NCBI GenBank assembly: GCA_023205875.1
Contig: CP060765.1
Coordinates: 186,001 to 250,000, forward strand
Length of the DNA stretch: 64,000 nt
Direction: 5' to 3'
From: Chloropicon primus
Lineage: Eukaryota
The notes under the pieces: generated by a model
Told to the model about the DNA's origin: nothing
Databases searched by the model: none
What the model saw: only the letters and a program-made list of their open reading frames with translations
In this document: positions 35,601 through 45,561 of the stretch, in pieces
How the letters are laid out: each line of letters opens with the position of its first letter
Position numbering within the stretch: the first letter of the stretch is position 1
Position numbers and translations under genes: made by a program

Positions 35601-38600
35601 CGGCAGGTTGCTCTTCGACCCGTTCGTGAAGAAGCTCTTCCAGAAGGAAGTCGACGCTTCGAATGAGAGGAAGGATTACGATCTCGGCGCTGGCCTTGAT
35701 ATCACTTACCCTGACATTGAGATGAAGTCCGCCCTGCCTTTGGAAGACAGCCTCTATGACTACGAGTTCAACTTGGAGCACTTCAAGTGGGTGAATTGGA
35801 TGGGATCCAACTCGAAGCAGGAGATCAAATCTAACGTGCAGTTCCAGGAGATCATCGTCAGGACTGTTGACACCGTGAGGTACGTGTACCTGCTGAAGAC
35901 CCTGATCTCCAACAACATTCACTCACTGGTGGTCGGTCAGACGGGCACTGGTAAGACTGTCTACGTCAAGGAAGTTCTCGGAAAGACGCTCGACAAGGCT
36001 ACCTACCAGAACATCCAGACCTCGTTCAGTGCGAGGACGAACGCCAACCAGATTCAGGACCTCATCGACGGAAAGCTTGACAAGAGAAGGAAGGGCGTCT
36101 TCGGGCCACCGTTCGGGACCAAGTGCGTCATATTCGTAGACGATTTGAACATGCCGCAGCTGGAAGTTTACGGTGCCCAGCCTCCTATCGAGATCTTGAG
36201 ACAGTGGATGGACCACGGCGGGTGGTACGAGCGGTCCGACAACACGTTCAAGTCGCTCGTCGACATCCAATTCGTGGCCGCCATGGGACCCCCAGGCGGT
36301 GGAAGGAACGCCGTGACCCCGAGGTACATGAGGCACTTCAACGTCATCGCGATCTCCGAGTTCTCTGACCAGACCTTCCAGCACATTTACGAAGTCATCG
36401 TGGAGTGGTGGATGATGCGAATCAAGTCAGAGGAGCAGCTCATGGAGAAGATGACCTCCATTGTGAAGGGGACCGTCCGGATTTACAACACCATCAAGGC
36501 GGAGCTGCTTCCGACGCCCTCGAAGAGTCACTACGTGTACAACATGAGAGACCTCTCCAAGGTCTTCCAAGGAATGCAGACCATCAACCACCAGCTGAAG
36601 GATGAGAAGCACCTGTTGAGGCTGTGGACCCACGAGGTTCTCAGGGTGTTTAACGATAGGTTGACGACCAGCGATGACAAGAAGTGGTTCACGAGCCTGA
36701 TGAACCAGGTGATTGAGGAGGAGATCGGGGAGACCTTCTCGAGCATCGTGGACATCGAGGAAGAGACCGATGACCTGCTGAAGGAGGACATGAACCAATT
36801 CCTGTTCTGCAACTTCCTGCAGCAGGGCAAGGATGGAATGCCAAAGTACGAAGAGGTGCTCCGGCGTCCAAAGCTGCTGAGCGTCATCGAGGAGAGCCTC
36901 GGCGATTACAACGCCCAGCACAAGAGCAGAATGAACTTGGTCATGTTCTCGTACGCCGCGGAGCACATCGCGAGGATCAGCAGAATTATCCAGCAGCCCT
37001 ACGGCAACGCCCTCCTCGTCGGTATGGGAGGAAGTGGCCGCCAGAGTCTGACCAGGATCGCGACCTTCATCGCCGACTTCAAGCTGAGGCAGGTCGAGAT
37101 CACGAAGAGTTACGGAACCATCGAGTGGAGGGAGGACCTCAAGGACATCCTGAGGAAGAGTGGAGGCGAGGGATCTCCCACAGTTTTCCTTTTCACGGAC
37201 TCTCAGATCAAGGACGAGTCTTTCATGGAGGACATCAACAACATCCTGAACACGGGCGAGATTCCTGGCCTCTACCCCAAGGACGAGATCATGAGCATCT
37301 TGGAGATGGTCAGGCCGAGGGCCAAGCGCGTGGGCAAGGACAAGAGCGTCGCTGACCTCTACGACTTTTTCGTGGAGCAGTGCAGGTACAACTTGCACAC
37401 CGTGGTCTGCATGAGTCCCGTGGGAGACGCTTTCAGGAGCAGGCTCAGGATGTTCCCCAGTCTTGTGAACTGCTGCACGATCGACTGGTTCTCTGAGTGG
37501 CCCCAGGACGCGCTCAAGAGTGTGGCCACCCAGTTCCTTGGGGAGGTGGACCTGTCCACCCCGGAGCTCCGCGCGGCATGCGAGGACATGTGCATCGAAT
37601 TCCATGTCAAGATTCGCTCCCTTGCCCAAAAGTTCCTGGAGGAGGAGCGCCGTTACTACTACGCCACCCCAACGAGCTACCTCGAGCTCATCAACACCTA
37701 CAAGAAGCTCCTCAAGGCCAAGCGCACTGAGGTCGCGACTGTCAGGGACAGGTATGAGGTCGGCCTCGAGAAGCTTCTCAATGCCGAGGAGAGTGTGAGC
37801 GTGATGAAGGAGGAGCTCATTGCCCTGCAGCCCGTCCTCGTCAAGACGAGTGAGGAGGTCGAGGAGACCCTCAAGGTCGTGGACAAGGAGACTGAGGCCG
37901 CGGAGGCCAAGAGGGAAGTGGTGGAGAAGGAGGAGGCCGTGGCCAACGTGAAAGCGCAGGCTGCCAAAGCCATCAAGGACGAATGCGAGGCTGAGCTCGC
38001 GGAGGCCATTCCCTTGCTGGAGGCTGCCATCTCCGCCCTGAACACGCTTACGAAGAACGACATTACCCTCGTCAAGTCGATGAAGAACCCACCAGTCGCG
38101 ATCAAGACGGTGATGGAGACCGTTTGCATCATGCTTGAGATCAAGCCCAAGCGTATCAACGACCCCAACAACCCCGTGAAGAAGATTGACGACTACTGGT
38201 CGCCAAGTCAGGGAATTTTGGGTGACACGACGTTCCTGGCGACCTTGCAAAAGTACGACAAGGACAACATCAAGCCTGCTATCATCACGAAGATCAGGCC
38301 CTTCCTCGACCGTGAGGATTTCCAGCCCGAGAACGTGAAGAAGGCCGCCAAGGCCGCTTACGGCCTTTGCTGTTGGGTGAGGGCCATGGAGGCGTACGAC
38401 AGGGTCGCCAAGGTCGTGGCTCCAAAGAAGCAGAAGCTCGCGGAGAGTGAAGCCGAGTACGCCCTGCTGAACGAATCGCTCCAGAAGAAGAAGGCCGAGC
38501 TCAAAGAGGTCCAGGACAGGCTCGCCGAGCTGCAGAACAAGCTCCAGGAGCTTCTTGCGAAGAAGAAGCAGCTCGAGATTGACGTGGACAACTGCAAGAA

Positions 38601-41600
38601 GAAGTTGGACAGGGCCGAGAAGCTCATCGGCGGGCTGGGGGGAGAGAAGACGAGGTGGATCGCCGTGGCCGCCAAGCTCAAGGAGGACTTTACGAACCTC
38701 ACGGGAGACGTCCTGCTCTCGAGCAGTTTTGTGGCGTACCTCGGCGCTTTCACGACCGAGTATCGCGAGGACGCCATCAAGGGTTGGGTCAAGCTCTGCA
38801 TCGAGAGAGGAATCCCTTGCTCCGGGAAGGACTTTTCCTTGCTCACTGTTTTGGGAGACCAGGTCCAGATGAGGGAGTGGGCCATCGAGGGCCTGCCTAA
38901 CGATTACCTGTCCATCGAGAACGCCATCATCATGTCCAAGGCCACCCGCTGGCCCCTCATGATCGACCCCCAGGGCCAGGCGAACAAGTGGATCAAGAAC
39001 AAGGAGAAGGCGGCGAGCTTGGAGGTTCTCAAGCTCAATGACAGCGACTACATCAGGAAGCTGGAGAACAGCATCCAGTTCGGCTTCCCTGTGCTCTTGG
39101 AGAACGTCGGAGAGGAGCTCGACGCGACCTTGGAGCCCCTGCTGACGAGGTCCACCTTCAAGCAGGGCGGAAGCATCTGCATCAAGCTCGGTGACTCGGT
39201 CATCGAGTACAACCCCAAGTTCCACTTTTACGTCACGACCAAGCTGAGGAACCCTCATTACTTGCCGGAGATCAGTGTGAAGGTGACGCTTCTGAACTTC
39301 ATGATCACCCAGAAGGGTCTCGAGGATCAGCTCCTGGCCCTCACCGTGTCCATGGAGAGGCCAGAGCTCGAGGAGGAGAAGGTCAAGCTCGTGCTGCAGT
39401 CGGCCGAGAACGCCAGGCAGCTCAAGGAGATCGAGGACAAGATCATCGAGATCTTGAGCAGCAGTGAGGGAAACATCTTGGAGAACGAGACGGCGATCAA
39501 CGTCATCAGTTCCTCCAAGCAGCTGAGTAACGAGATTGACGTCAAGCAGCAGATTGCGAAGAAGACTGAGAAGCAGATCGACGAGGCGAGGCTCGAGTAC
39601 AAGGAGGTCGCCACCTACGCGAGCCACCTCTTCTTCTGCGTCTCCAGCTTGGCCAACCTCGAGCCCATGTACCAGTACTCCTTGCCTTGGTTCATCATGC
39701 TGTTCAAGAACACGATCAAGAACGCCGACAAGCACGACCTACTCGCGGACAGGATCTTGGCCCTGAACGACTACTTCACTGGATCCCTTTTCAGCCAGGT
39801 CTGCAGGAGTCTCTTCGAGAAGGACAAGCTCCTGTTCGCTTTTGCCTTGTGCGTGACCATCTACGGCCACAACAGGGGGGAGATCAGCCTGGACGAGTAC
39901 AGGTTCCTGATCACCGGAGGCGTGGAGATCTCGAGCGGGTACGACGAGCAGGCCGACAAGAAGCCGGAGTGGTTGTCCCGCAAGGCCTGGACCGAGTTCG
40001 TCAAGCTCGCCACGTTTTACGACAAGTACAAGGGCCTCGCCGACCACGTCTCGGACAACAGCGACGGGTGGAAGGTCCTTTGGGACGTCCCGGACCCCAC
40101 CAACACCCCGTTCCCCGCGCCGTGGGAGACCAAGCTGAACACCTTTGAGAAGCTCCTGGTCACCAGGTGCATCAGGCCGGACAAGCTGCCCTTGGCGGTG
40201 CAGAACTTCCTCATGGGAAAGATGGGCCAAAAGTACGTCGAGAGCCCGCCGTTCGACCTGAGCGGCTGCTACAACGACTCCCTCGCCACGGTGCCTTTGG
40301 TCTTCATCCTCAGCCCGGGCAGTGACCCAATGAGCTCCCTGCTGAGCTTTGCGGACGGCCTCAAGACCCCGGTGAGCTCGATCTCCCTGGGCCAGGGTCA
40401 GGGACCCAAAGCCGAGAAGATGATTAAGGACGCCCAGAGCTCCGGCCAGTGGGTCGTGCTGCAGAACTGCCACCTCGCCGTGTCCTGGATGACCAGCTTG
40501 GAGGAGATCTGCGAGAACATCACCATGGAGAACACCAACCCCAACTTTAGGCTGTGGCTCACGTCCTACCCCTCGGAGCACTTCCCGGTGAGCATCCTGC
40601 AGAACAGTGTCAAGATGACCAACGAGCCCCCCAAGGGCCTGAGGGCCAACCTGCTGCAGACGTACAACAGCGACCCCCTGAGCAACCCAAGCTTCTTCGA
40701 GGGTTGCGGGGAGAGGAGCCCCGAGTTCAAGAAGCTGCTCTTCGGCTTGTGCACCTTCCACGCCATCGTGCAGGAGAGGCTGAGCTTCGGCCCCATCGGC
40801 TGGAACGTCAAGTACCAGTTCAGCACCCCAGACTTTGTCATCTCGGTCAGGCAGCTGCAGATGTTCCTGAACGAGTACCCGGAGGACCTCCCCCTGCAGG
40901 CGCTCATCTACTTGACGGGCGAGTGCAACTACGGAGGTAGGGTCACGGACGCCAAGGACAGGAGGACCCTGATGTCCATCCTTGACGTCTTTTACAACTT
41001 TGACGTCTTCAACGACGACTACATGTTCAGCTCGAGCGGGAACTACTACGCGCCCCCCGACGGGGAGTACGAGTCTTACCTCGAGTTCATCAAGAAGCTG
41101 CCGATCACCTCGGCGCCCGAGGCGTTTGGCCTGCACGCGAACGCGGACATCACCAAGGACCAGAAAGAGACGGACTTGTTCCTGAGCTCGCTGGCGATCA
41201 GCCAGAGCACGTCGTCCGGCGGGGCGGACAAGGGCAAGGACGCCGCCCTCAAGGAGATCGTCCAGGTCGTGAAGAACAAGATGCCCGAGCCCTTCGACTT
41301 GGAGTACGCGAACTTCAAGTACCCAGTGGATTACTTGGAGTCCATGAACACGGTGCTCTGCCAAGAGATGGTCAGGTTCAACAGGCTGATCGAGGTGATC
41401 AAGAAGAGCATCGCGGACCTGGCCAAGGCCCTGGAGGGTCTCGTGGTCATGAGCGGCGACCTGGAGGCCCTCGGAAACTCGATGTACGACGGAAAGCTTC
41501 CAGCGCTGTGGGCCGGCAAGTCTTACCCCAGTCTCAAGCCCCTGCCGAGCTACGTGGACGACTTGTGCAAGAGGCTCAAGATGCTCAAGGACTGGCTGGA

Positions 41601-42078
41601 CAACGGACCGCCTCCGGTGTTCTGGATCTCCGGGTTCTACTTCACCCACGCCTTCCTCACGGGCATCAAGCAAAACTTTGCGAGGAGGAACAAGATCCCG
41701 ATCGACACGCTCGGGTTCGACTACACGTGCCAGCCCAGGAAGGAGGTGACCGAGAAGCACGAGGTGGGCGCCTACGTGAACGGCATGTTCCTGGAGGGTG
41801 CCCGGTGGGACTACGACTCGTTCCAGCTGGAGGACTCCCAGCCCAAGGTCTTGTACTCGGAGGCTCCCATGCTCCTGGTGGAGCCCGTGGAGCTGACCAA
41901 GAAGAGGAGCTTCCCCCATTACGAGTGCCCGCTTTACAGGACCACGGAGAGGAAGGGAACCCTGGCCACCACCGGACACTCCACGAACTTTGTCATGGAC
42001 ATCCAGCTGCCGAGCGACAGGCCGCAGGACTACTGGATCCGAGGCGGAGTCGCGCTTTTGCTGGAGCTCTCGGAGTAG
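29638..42078 (+). CDS. Axonemal inner-arm (single-headed) dynein heavy chain, 4146 aa, intronless
   Basis: P-loops GPAGTGKT, GYSYGAKT, GQTGTGKT and GMGGSGRQ; FPRFYFLSN, CFDEFNRI, WPLMIDPQGQA and C-terminal TTGHSTNFV. Resembles the DNAH1/3/7/12 group. Confidence 0.97.
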   Translation: MIDPIIKVRVPKTLERKEVQRLVNTESGSYEIHQAGFGRSSFEVSPSKANGHGNGNGSVANFPSPFASPKTKTGGKRKHKRIDGPQEIISRNGSFPPRAFQTPKYSKEEGGSTLSTATSLQVPAEEIELEGVSQTTVKRRRMKIPLEKFDDPALEVLRPSITEWLEQNKGKEGLGAKAKSKYYDNDGTFCWADCTVTGYDEETCLFTIVWDSSGIKKKVRRFNLIFEEEDVVHFKKRIRLAKELEAELGSRMRIQDLISSQEFMNSEMIDDNFKQMILEKYDIPQATTFPRVADLFFQESRDIYKHAMKTAVFKYLLPEEVDQQQEMEDRESINLNHLLHEDQVPVQGCVPLHLLHVEDGKEAIFRDGDDEVVESNPLPLESFDDQLFTISSALGLAQDDILSCLQQFYHELDVKDQILVTQYDEMLLEAPFDLQHFDTLQSRHMNDMADTLRHDWVLRVATKVEDIPYISGTIDDQLFVRTVKRISLLMADSLRTSALQSLTAYMNTWKNYDLDFELLSEGVKDKDSIGLVPLFKMEMTISEKGHFELPLDDLKDKILSFYDEIISCVNGIDDIGSKITILDVPEKHMETISHDEARVIETRNAIAKIIEKNLKGPRELLDSFNGFEDLATAEVQSHIETWKTNPLSLSDCQEEVKKFLDLKKSIEEKCENQTLFPMIVVNSAEAKNFLEDKALELRSALLRLTCDNWCTSNETICKRYDALKERMASSPDTTEELDELRRFFDASKNELEELEADISASTDLYQVFNESRFTLTEQEHDLYWDVFGWPKKLASVVQQGEINLNEKTEKFKQELLDNRAKLVEDVGQIGKDVDEFIQLGEIELVEERVVSVSEIESKLKQAQQLAEVYRNHESIFGMPEQDLPELDRLVRTFEPYCNLWKICGDFTNHLPEWTDGPFTELDPESLTNSIENWIRALAKVQKVLSERAAEACKILNERLNKFQEYLPLIAALRNPGLRERHWKRMSKDLGFPVKVDVSFSLSRALQLQLLEHMEVIEEISEYASKEYSLEKTLDKMQHEWSGVNFDRMDWRDTGTTILRGIDDIQAILDDQVVKTQAMRASPYIGAFEERVKLWEKRLNNVQETIDEWLKCQQQWLYLEPIFGSDDIMQQMPNEGRKFKTVDATWRKTMEKVEKNSEVLTVCSDDELLKNLIDANKLLDAVQKGLNDYLETKRLAFPRFYFLSNEELLEILSETKDPLRVQPFLKKIFEGINKIHFEEDLTVTAMISAEGEQVKLKDTFNPSSAGGNVERWLIDLEASMRASVKHVTKQSFDAYATTDRNKWVIDWPGQVVICVDSLYWTDETEEAISDGKLPEYALKCTAQLKDIVDKVRGKLTKLERKTLSSLIVIDVHARDTIARLADLNIMAVSDFEWQSQLRYEWDGADVLVRMINAQLYYGYEYLGLPSRLVITPLTDRCYRTLMGALHLDLGGAPEGPAGTGKTETTKDLAKAIAMQCVVFNCSDGLDYLAMGKFFKGLASSGAWSCFDEFNRIDLEVLSVIAQQILTIQRAKAADAKSFEFEGTRLQLRKTCNCFITMNPGYAGRSELPDNLKALFRTVAMMVPDYALIAEIMLYSSGYLEARSLARKLVATYKLCSEQLSSQTHYDYGMRAVMSVLRAAAAIKQKQPDEDENILMLVSLKDVNLPKFLSPDIPLFNGILSDLFPGVVLPDPDYELLGRAVRDNCAKLKVQPTKVLMEKIFQLYEMILVRHGLMLVGYSYGAKTTAYRVLQGALGDLKERDELGENKTIVRVMNPKSIYIGQLYGQFDPVSHEWKDGILAKIYRECAVDTAPDRKWVLFDGPVDAVWIENMNTVLDDNKKLCLMSGEIIQMSASMNMIFEVQDLAVASPATVSRCGMVYVEPSQIGWKPLQQSWVDTLPEQVLAKEDLVKVVVALFDWMVDPCIRFVRRNCKEVVGTASINLVQSTMRMISSLFSKLLQENPKVDVTQEIVESIFMFALVWGIGASIDGNGRLLFDPFVKKLFQKEVDASNERKDYDLGAGLDITYPDIEMKSALPLEDSLYDYEFNLEHFKWVNWMGSNSKQEIKSNVQFQEIIVRTVDTVRYVYLLKTLISNNIHSLVVGQTGTGKTVYVKEVLGKTLDKATYQNIQTSFSARTNANQIQDLIDGKLDKRRKGVFGPPFGTKCVIFVDDLNMPQLEVYGAQPPIEILRQWMDHGGWYERSDNTFKSLVDIQFVAAMGPPGGGRNAVTPRYMRHFNVIAISEFSDQTFQHIYEVIVEWWMMRIKSEEQLMEKMTSIVKGTVRIYNTIKAELLPTPSKSHYVYNMRDLSKVFQGMQTINHQLKDEKHLLRLWTHEVLRVFNDRLTTSDDKKWFTSLMNQVIEEEIGETFSSIVDIEEETDDLLKEDMNQFLFCNFLQQGKDGMPKYEEVLRRPKLLSVIEESLGDYNAQHKSRMNLVMFSYAAEHIARISRIIQQPYGNALLVGMGGSGRQSLTRIATFIADFKLRQVEITKSYGTIEWREDLKDILRKSGGEGSPTVFLFTDSQIKDESFMEDINNILNTGEIPGLYPKDEIMSILEMVRPRAKRVGKDKSVADLYDFFVEQCRYNLHTVVCMSPVGDAFRSRLRMFPSLVNCCTIDWFSEWPQDALKSVATQFLGEVDLSTPELRAACEDMCIEFHVKIRSLAQKFLEEERRYYYATPTSYLELINTYKKLLKAKRTEVATVRDRYEVGLEKLLNAEESVSVMKEELIALQPVLVKTSEEVEETLKVVDKETEAAEAKREVVEKEEAVANVKAQAAKAIKDECEAELAEAIPLLEAAISALNTLTKNDITLVKSMKNPPVAIKTVMETVCIMLEIKPKRINDPNNPVKKIDDYWSPSQGILGDTTFLATLQKYDKDNIKPAIITKIRPFLDREDFQPENVKKAAKAAYGLCCWVRAMEAYDRVAKVVAPKKQKLAESEAEYALLNESLQKKKAELKEVQDRLAELQNKLQELLAKKKQLEIDVDNCKKKLDRAEKLIGGLGGEKTRWIAVAAKLKEDFTNLTGDVLLSSSFVAYLGAFTTEYREDAIKGWVKLCIERGIPCSGKDFSLLTVLGDQVQMREWAIEGLPNDYLSIENAIIMSKATRWPLMIDPQGQANKWIKNKEKAASLEVLKLNDSDYIRKLENSIQFGFPVLLENVGEELDATLEPLLTRSTFKQGGSICIKLGDSVIEYNPKFHFYVTTKLRNPHYLPEISVKVTLLNFMITQKGLEDQLLALTVSMERPELEEEKVKLVLQSAENARQLKEIEDKIIEILSSSEGNILENETAINVISSSKQLSNEIDVKQQIAKKTEKQIDEARLEYKEVATYASHLFFCVSSLANLEPMYQYSLPWFIMLFKNTIKNADKHDLLADRILALNDYFTGSLFSQVCRSLFEKDKLLFAFALCVTIYGHNRGEISLDEYRFLITGGVEISSGYDEQADKKPEWLSRKAWTEFVKLATFYDKYKGLADHVSDNSDGWKVLWDVPDPTNTPFPAPWETKLNTFEKLLVTRCIRPDKLPLAVQNFLMGKMGQKYVESPPFDLSGCYNDSLATVPLVFILSPGSDPMSSLLSFADGLKTPVSSISLGQGQGPKAEKMIKDAQSSGQWVVLQNCHLAVSWMTSLEEICENITMENTNPNFRLWLTSYPSEHFPVSILQNSVKMTNEPPKGLRANLLQTYNSDPLSNPSFFEGCGERSPEFKKLLFGLCTFHAIVQERLSFGPIGWNVKYQFSTPDFVISVRQLQMFLNEYPEDLPLQALIYLTGECNYGGRVTDAKDRRTLMSILDVFYNFDVFNDDYMFSSSGNYYAPPDGEYESYLEFIKKLPITSAPEAFGLHANADITKDQKETDLFLSSLAISQSTSSGGADKGKDAALKEIVQVVKNKMPEPFDLEYANFKYPVDYLESMNTVLCQEMVRFNRLIEVIKKSIADLAKALEGLVVMSGDLEALGNSMYDGKLPALWAGKSYPSLKPLPSYVDDLCKRLKMLKDWLDNGPPPVFWISGFYFTHAFLTGIKQNFARRNKIPIDTLGFDYTCQPRKEVTEKHEVGAYVNGMFLEGARWDYDSFQLEDSQPKVLYSEAPMLLVEPVELTKKRSFPHYECPLYRTTERKGTLATTGHSTNFVMDIQLPSDRPQDYWIRGGVALLLELSE

Positions 42079-42621
42079 GTAGAAGATTAGGAGGAGGAAG
42101 AGGAGGAGGAGGAGTGATCATAAGGGGGGAGAAGGGGGGGACAACAAACAACAACAAACAAACAATGTGTGTTTTTTTAGTAATATATTCTTATCTACAA
42201 AATCCATCCATCCGTCCGTCGGTCCGTCAATGATAAAGGAAAAAGGTGGCGGTGACGAAGAGAAGAAGGAAGAAGGAAGGTTTAGGTTTGGGTTTGGGTT
42301 TGAGTTGTGTTGCACAACAACAACAACAAGACGAAGAAAAAGCGTTTTTATTGTTTATCTAGTTATCGTACAGGCAGGAGGAAGGATAGATATAGATAGA
42401 GGTGTCTTCCCCCTACCTCATCTCGAAAGAGCGGCTCAACTCGGACGAAGGTGGAATCTTTGCGACCTTGACGCCCACTAGGTGACCGCCCACGACTCGT
42501 CCTCGTCCTCGTCAACTCCGTGTATTCCCAGGAGCTCTAGAGCCCGATTTGTCGATAGAAGTTGGTCTCGATGATATGCTTGTGTTCGCAGATGGCAAGG
42601 ATAGGACAACGTGAGGATCGG

Positions 42622-43146
42622 TCAAAGGGCGGTCCTGCTGGCGAGGGCCGTGTTCCTCTGTATGGGCCCCGCCTCGCTCACGGGCCACACCTTGAAGAAG
42701 ACCCTCCCCCTCAGAAGGTTGTAGGGCACCGGCCCGTAGTTCCTCGAGTCCGTGGAGTTCCCCAAATTGTCCCCTTGCAGCCACACGTGCCCCTTTGGCA
42801 CCGTCTTCAAGCCCTGGTTCGTCCCGTGCGTCGGTGGGGGACAAGCGTCCCCTTCCAGGGCGAGGAGCCTCTTGCACACCAGCTTCCTCGGCTCGTAGGG
42901 GCACACCGCTATGACGACGTCCCCCCTCTCCAGCGTCTTCAGCTGCCTCGAGACGTGGTCCACCAGCACCACGTCCCCTTCCCTGTTGAACGTCGGTATC
43001 ATGCTCGGCCCCTTGGTGTACGCCACCTCGCAGACATACTCGTGCACCAAGTACAACCCAGCCGCCCACTTGACGAACCCAGCCAAGTCCTTCCGTCCAA
43101 ACTCCGCCAGCGTCCGCAGGAACAAGGAAGGACCAGGAGGAGGCAT
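42622..43146 (-). CDS. IMP1: Mitochondrial inner membrane peptidase subunit 1 (S26 family)
   Basis: GPSMIPT (catalytic Ser), CKRLLALEGD (Lys) and GHVWLQGDN..STDSRNYGPVP. Confidence 0.9.
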   Translation of the reverse strand: MPPPGPSLFLRTLAEFGRKDLAGFVKWAAGLYLVHEYVCEVAYTKGPSMIPTFNREGDVVLVDHVSRQLKTLERGDVVIAVCPYEPRKLVCKRLLALEGDACPPPTHGTNQGLKTVPKGHVWLQGDNLGNSTDSRNYGPVPYNLLRGRVFFKVWPVSEAGPIQRNTALASRTAL

Positions 43147-43463
43147 GGCCGCCGCGTCCTGCCCTGTCCTGTCCTGTCCTGTCTCTCTAACAAGAGACCA
43201 CGACGACGACGTTGGTGCTGGTAATGGTGCTGGTAATGGTGATGATGAAGATCAACGGAGTGCTAGATAAAAAAAACCTTTGCCCCGAGGAAGGAAAGGC
43301 GAGCTTTGGGTTGACGCTGTCGATGCGGACAGGGAGAGAAAGGAGCGTCCTCGTCCTCGTCCTCGTCCTCGTCGTCGCTCCGGGTGTCAGCTTCTTCTCT
43401 CTCCGCCGTTTTTCTTCGGCGAGTGATGAATGGAGGAGGAGGAGGAGATCAGGAGGATGGATA

Positions 43464-43737
43464 ACTTTCCCAGGAGGAGAGGACCTGCAACTTGGATGGA
43501 GGGGAACCTTGGCTTTGATGCATGGTTTGGTTTGATCGTCTCTTCCACTTTCCCAGGAGGAGAGGACCTGCAACTTGGATGGAGGGGAACCTTGGCTTTG
43601 ATGCATGGTTTGGTTTGATCGTCTCTTCCACTTTCCCAGGAGGAGAGGACCTGCAACTTGGATGGAGGGGAACCTTGGCTTTGATGCATGGTTTGGTTTG
43701 ATCGTCTCTTCCACTTTCCCAGGAGGAGAGGACCTGC
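43464..43737. repeat. Tandem repeat, 83-bp unit x ~3.3
   Basis: Identical units start at 43464, 43547, 43630 and 43713, with no spacers. Confidence 0.95.
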
Positions 43738-44017
43738 GGGATGGCGGAAGGAAGGAGTCTTCTTCTTGTTGTTGCTGCTGCTGTTGTTGTTCTTAATGTT
43801 GTTGCTCTTCTTCTCCCATTGTTGCTTGCCGCGTGTTCCGGGAAGAGGGTCTTGGATGCCAAGAGGAAGTTTTCTCGTCGCTCGGTTGCCAGGAGGGAGG
43901 GAGACCCACAACCTTTCTTTCTTTTTCTCTCACAATGTGTTCTACTTTCAGAAAGGACAGGGTTTAGGGAAAAGACGAGAGAGTGAGAGAGAGAAGAGAG
44001 AGAGCCCTCCCTCCATT

Positions 44018-44245
44018 TGATTGGGCGTGACTCAGCACCTCCTGTGTGGCTCCCACGAAACCTTATCGCGTTTCCGACCTCTCGTTGGGCCCTTGTCCTG
44101 ATTGGGCGTGACTCAGCACCTCCTGTGTGGCTCCCACGAAACCTTATCGCGTTTCCGACCTCTCGTTGGGCCCTTGTCCTGATTGGGCGTGACTCAGCAC
44201 CTCCTGTGTGGCTCCCACGAAACCTTATCGCGTTTCTGACCTCTC
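44018..44245. repeat. Tandem repeat, 81-bp unit x ~2.8, upstream of the CCT gene
   Basis: Units start at 44018, 44099 and 44180. Each contains ATTGG, TGACTCA and CCTTATC. Confidence 0.95.
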
Positions 44246-44581
44246 GCTTGTCTTGAGCTGTCCGTCTCTCGTCGTCGTCGTATCTCTCCAGAGAGTAGAA
44301 AACCCATCTTCCGTCCTGAGATAAGATATTTCTCACAGACTCTGAGGCGCAGAACGCTCTAAACCTAAATCTTCTGGCCCAGAACGGCCGACATCTCTTT
44401 CCCCACGTGGGGAACCCCTAAGACCCGATTTCTACACGTTTTCGTTTTTTTTTCTTTTTTTCAACCAAATCAGATTCTCTCTCTCTCTCGTTTCGCGTTC
44501 TCGTGACCGGACGACAAAACCCTTGCGAAGGATCGCGACCGAGGACGAGGACTTGACAACAAAGAAAGGAAGAAAGCAACA

Positions 44582-45274
44582 ATGGTGAACGTTCCAGGGA
44601 TTGTTCCGTCCTTCGACGACCTCCTGAGCGCCCCCGCGGTGCCGCAGACGCTCGACGCCTTCGATGCCACCTTGAACAAGAAGAAGTTCCAGGGAGCCTT
44701 GAGGTCCGACAAGAGCAACACTGACCTGAAGCTGAAGAAGAACAAGTTGGTCGACGTCGTGGTGGACTCCTCGACGGCCGCGTACTTGTCCTCCCCCGCG
44801 GACGAGGAGGCCATCGTGCCGGAGTTCAAGGCCCCGGAGCCAAAGCAGGTGGCCCAGCCTCCTCAGGTTCCCGCGGTCCCGACCGACTTGGACTTCCTGG
44901 ACAACATGGACTGGACGAGCCCCTTCGAGCTGGACCTGAGCTTTGACAGCGTGTTCGACGCGTGGGACGACAACAACCTCGCCTTCTCCCCGCCTGCCGA
45001 GCCGCAGGTGGCGCCCGCCGCCTTCGAGAGGAGCCCTCAGACCTCATCCGGCGCGGAGACCACCGCCTCCAGCGACGAGGAGGTCGACGCCTTCACCAGG
45101 AACCGCAGGGCGTGCCTCGAGAGGTACAGGGAGAAGAAGAGGAACAGGAGGTTCAGCAAGAAGGTCAGGTACCACCTGAGGAAGATGAACGCGGACAGGA
45201 GGCCACGCTACAAGGGGAGGTTCATCAAGAAGGGAGAGGTCATCCCCCAGGAGCTTCTCGACAAGCAAAAGTAG
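44582..45274 (+). CDS. CCT-domain protein (CONSTANS/CMF-like, no B-box)
   Basis: C-terminal RACLERYREKKRNRRFSKKVRYHLRKMNADRRPRYKGRFIK. Confidence 0.92.
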   Translation: MVNVPGIVPSFDDLLSAPAVPQTLDAFDATLNKKKFQGALRSDKSNTDLKLKKNKLVDVVVDSSTAAYLSSPADEEAIVPEFKAPEPKQVAQPPQVPAVPTDLDFLDNMDWTSPFELDLSFDSVFDAWDDNNLAFSPPAEPQVAPAAFERSPQTSSGAETTASSDEEVDAFTRNRRACLERYREKKRNRRFSKKVRYHLRKMNADRRPRYKGRFIKKGEVIPQELLDKQK

Positions 45275-45561
45275 AAGAACAAGAGCAAGAGCAACACAAG
45301 AGCTTCTTCTTTGTTTTTGTTTTTTATCAAGCCAAGCCAAGCCAAGCCAAGACACGCAACAACATTATTAACCACCACCATAAAACAGTCCTTTTTGTAA
45401 CATACACTTTATTTTTTTCTAAGGACAGACAAGGAGGAGGACGAGGTGACCCCCTCCTCGAGCTGCCTCGGTGCAGGTCTGCGAGGATCCTCGAGGAGGA
45501 TCAGACCGAGGAAGAAGAACGACCCGGTGGTAAGGATCATCTGAGGAGCACGGACGTGATC

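Noticed and set aside
32194..41979. Long antisense ORFs (592, 571, 1102, 746 aa) inside the dynein gene, and similar ones opposite VPS4, the protease and others
   Set aside because: Expected shadows of strong GC3 codon bias. The translations have no recognisable domains.
43464..44245. CRISPR-like appearance of the 83-bp and 81-bp arrays
   Set aside because: The units are contiguous and identical with no unique spacers, there are no cas genes, and the context is eukaryotic.
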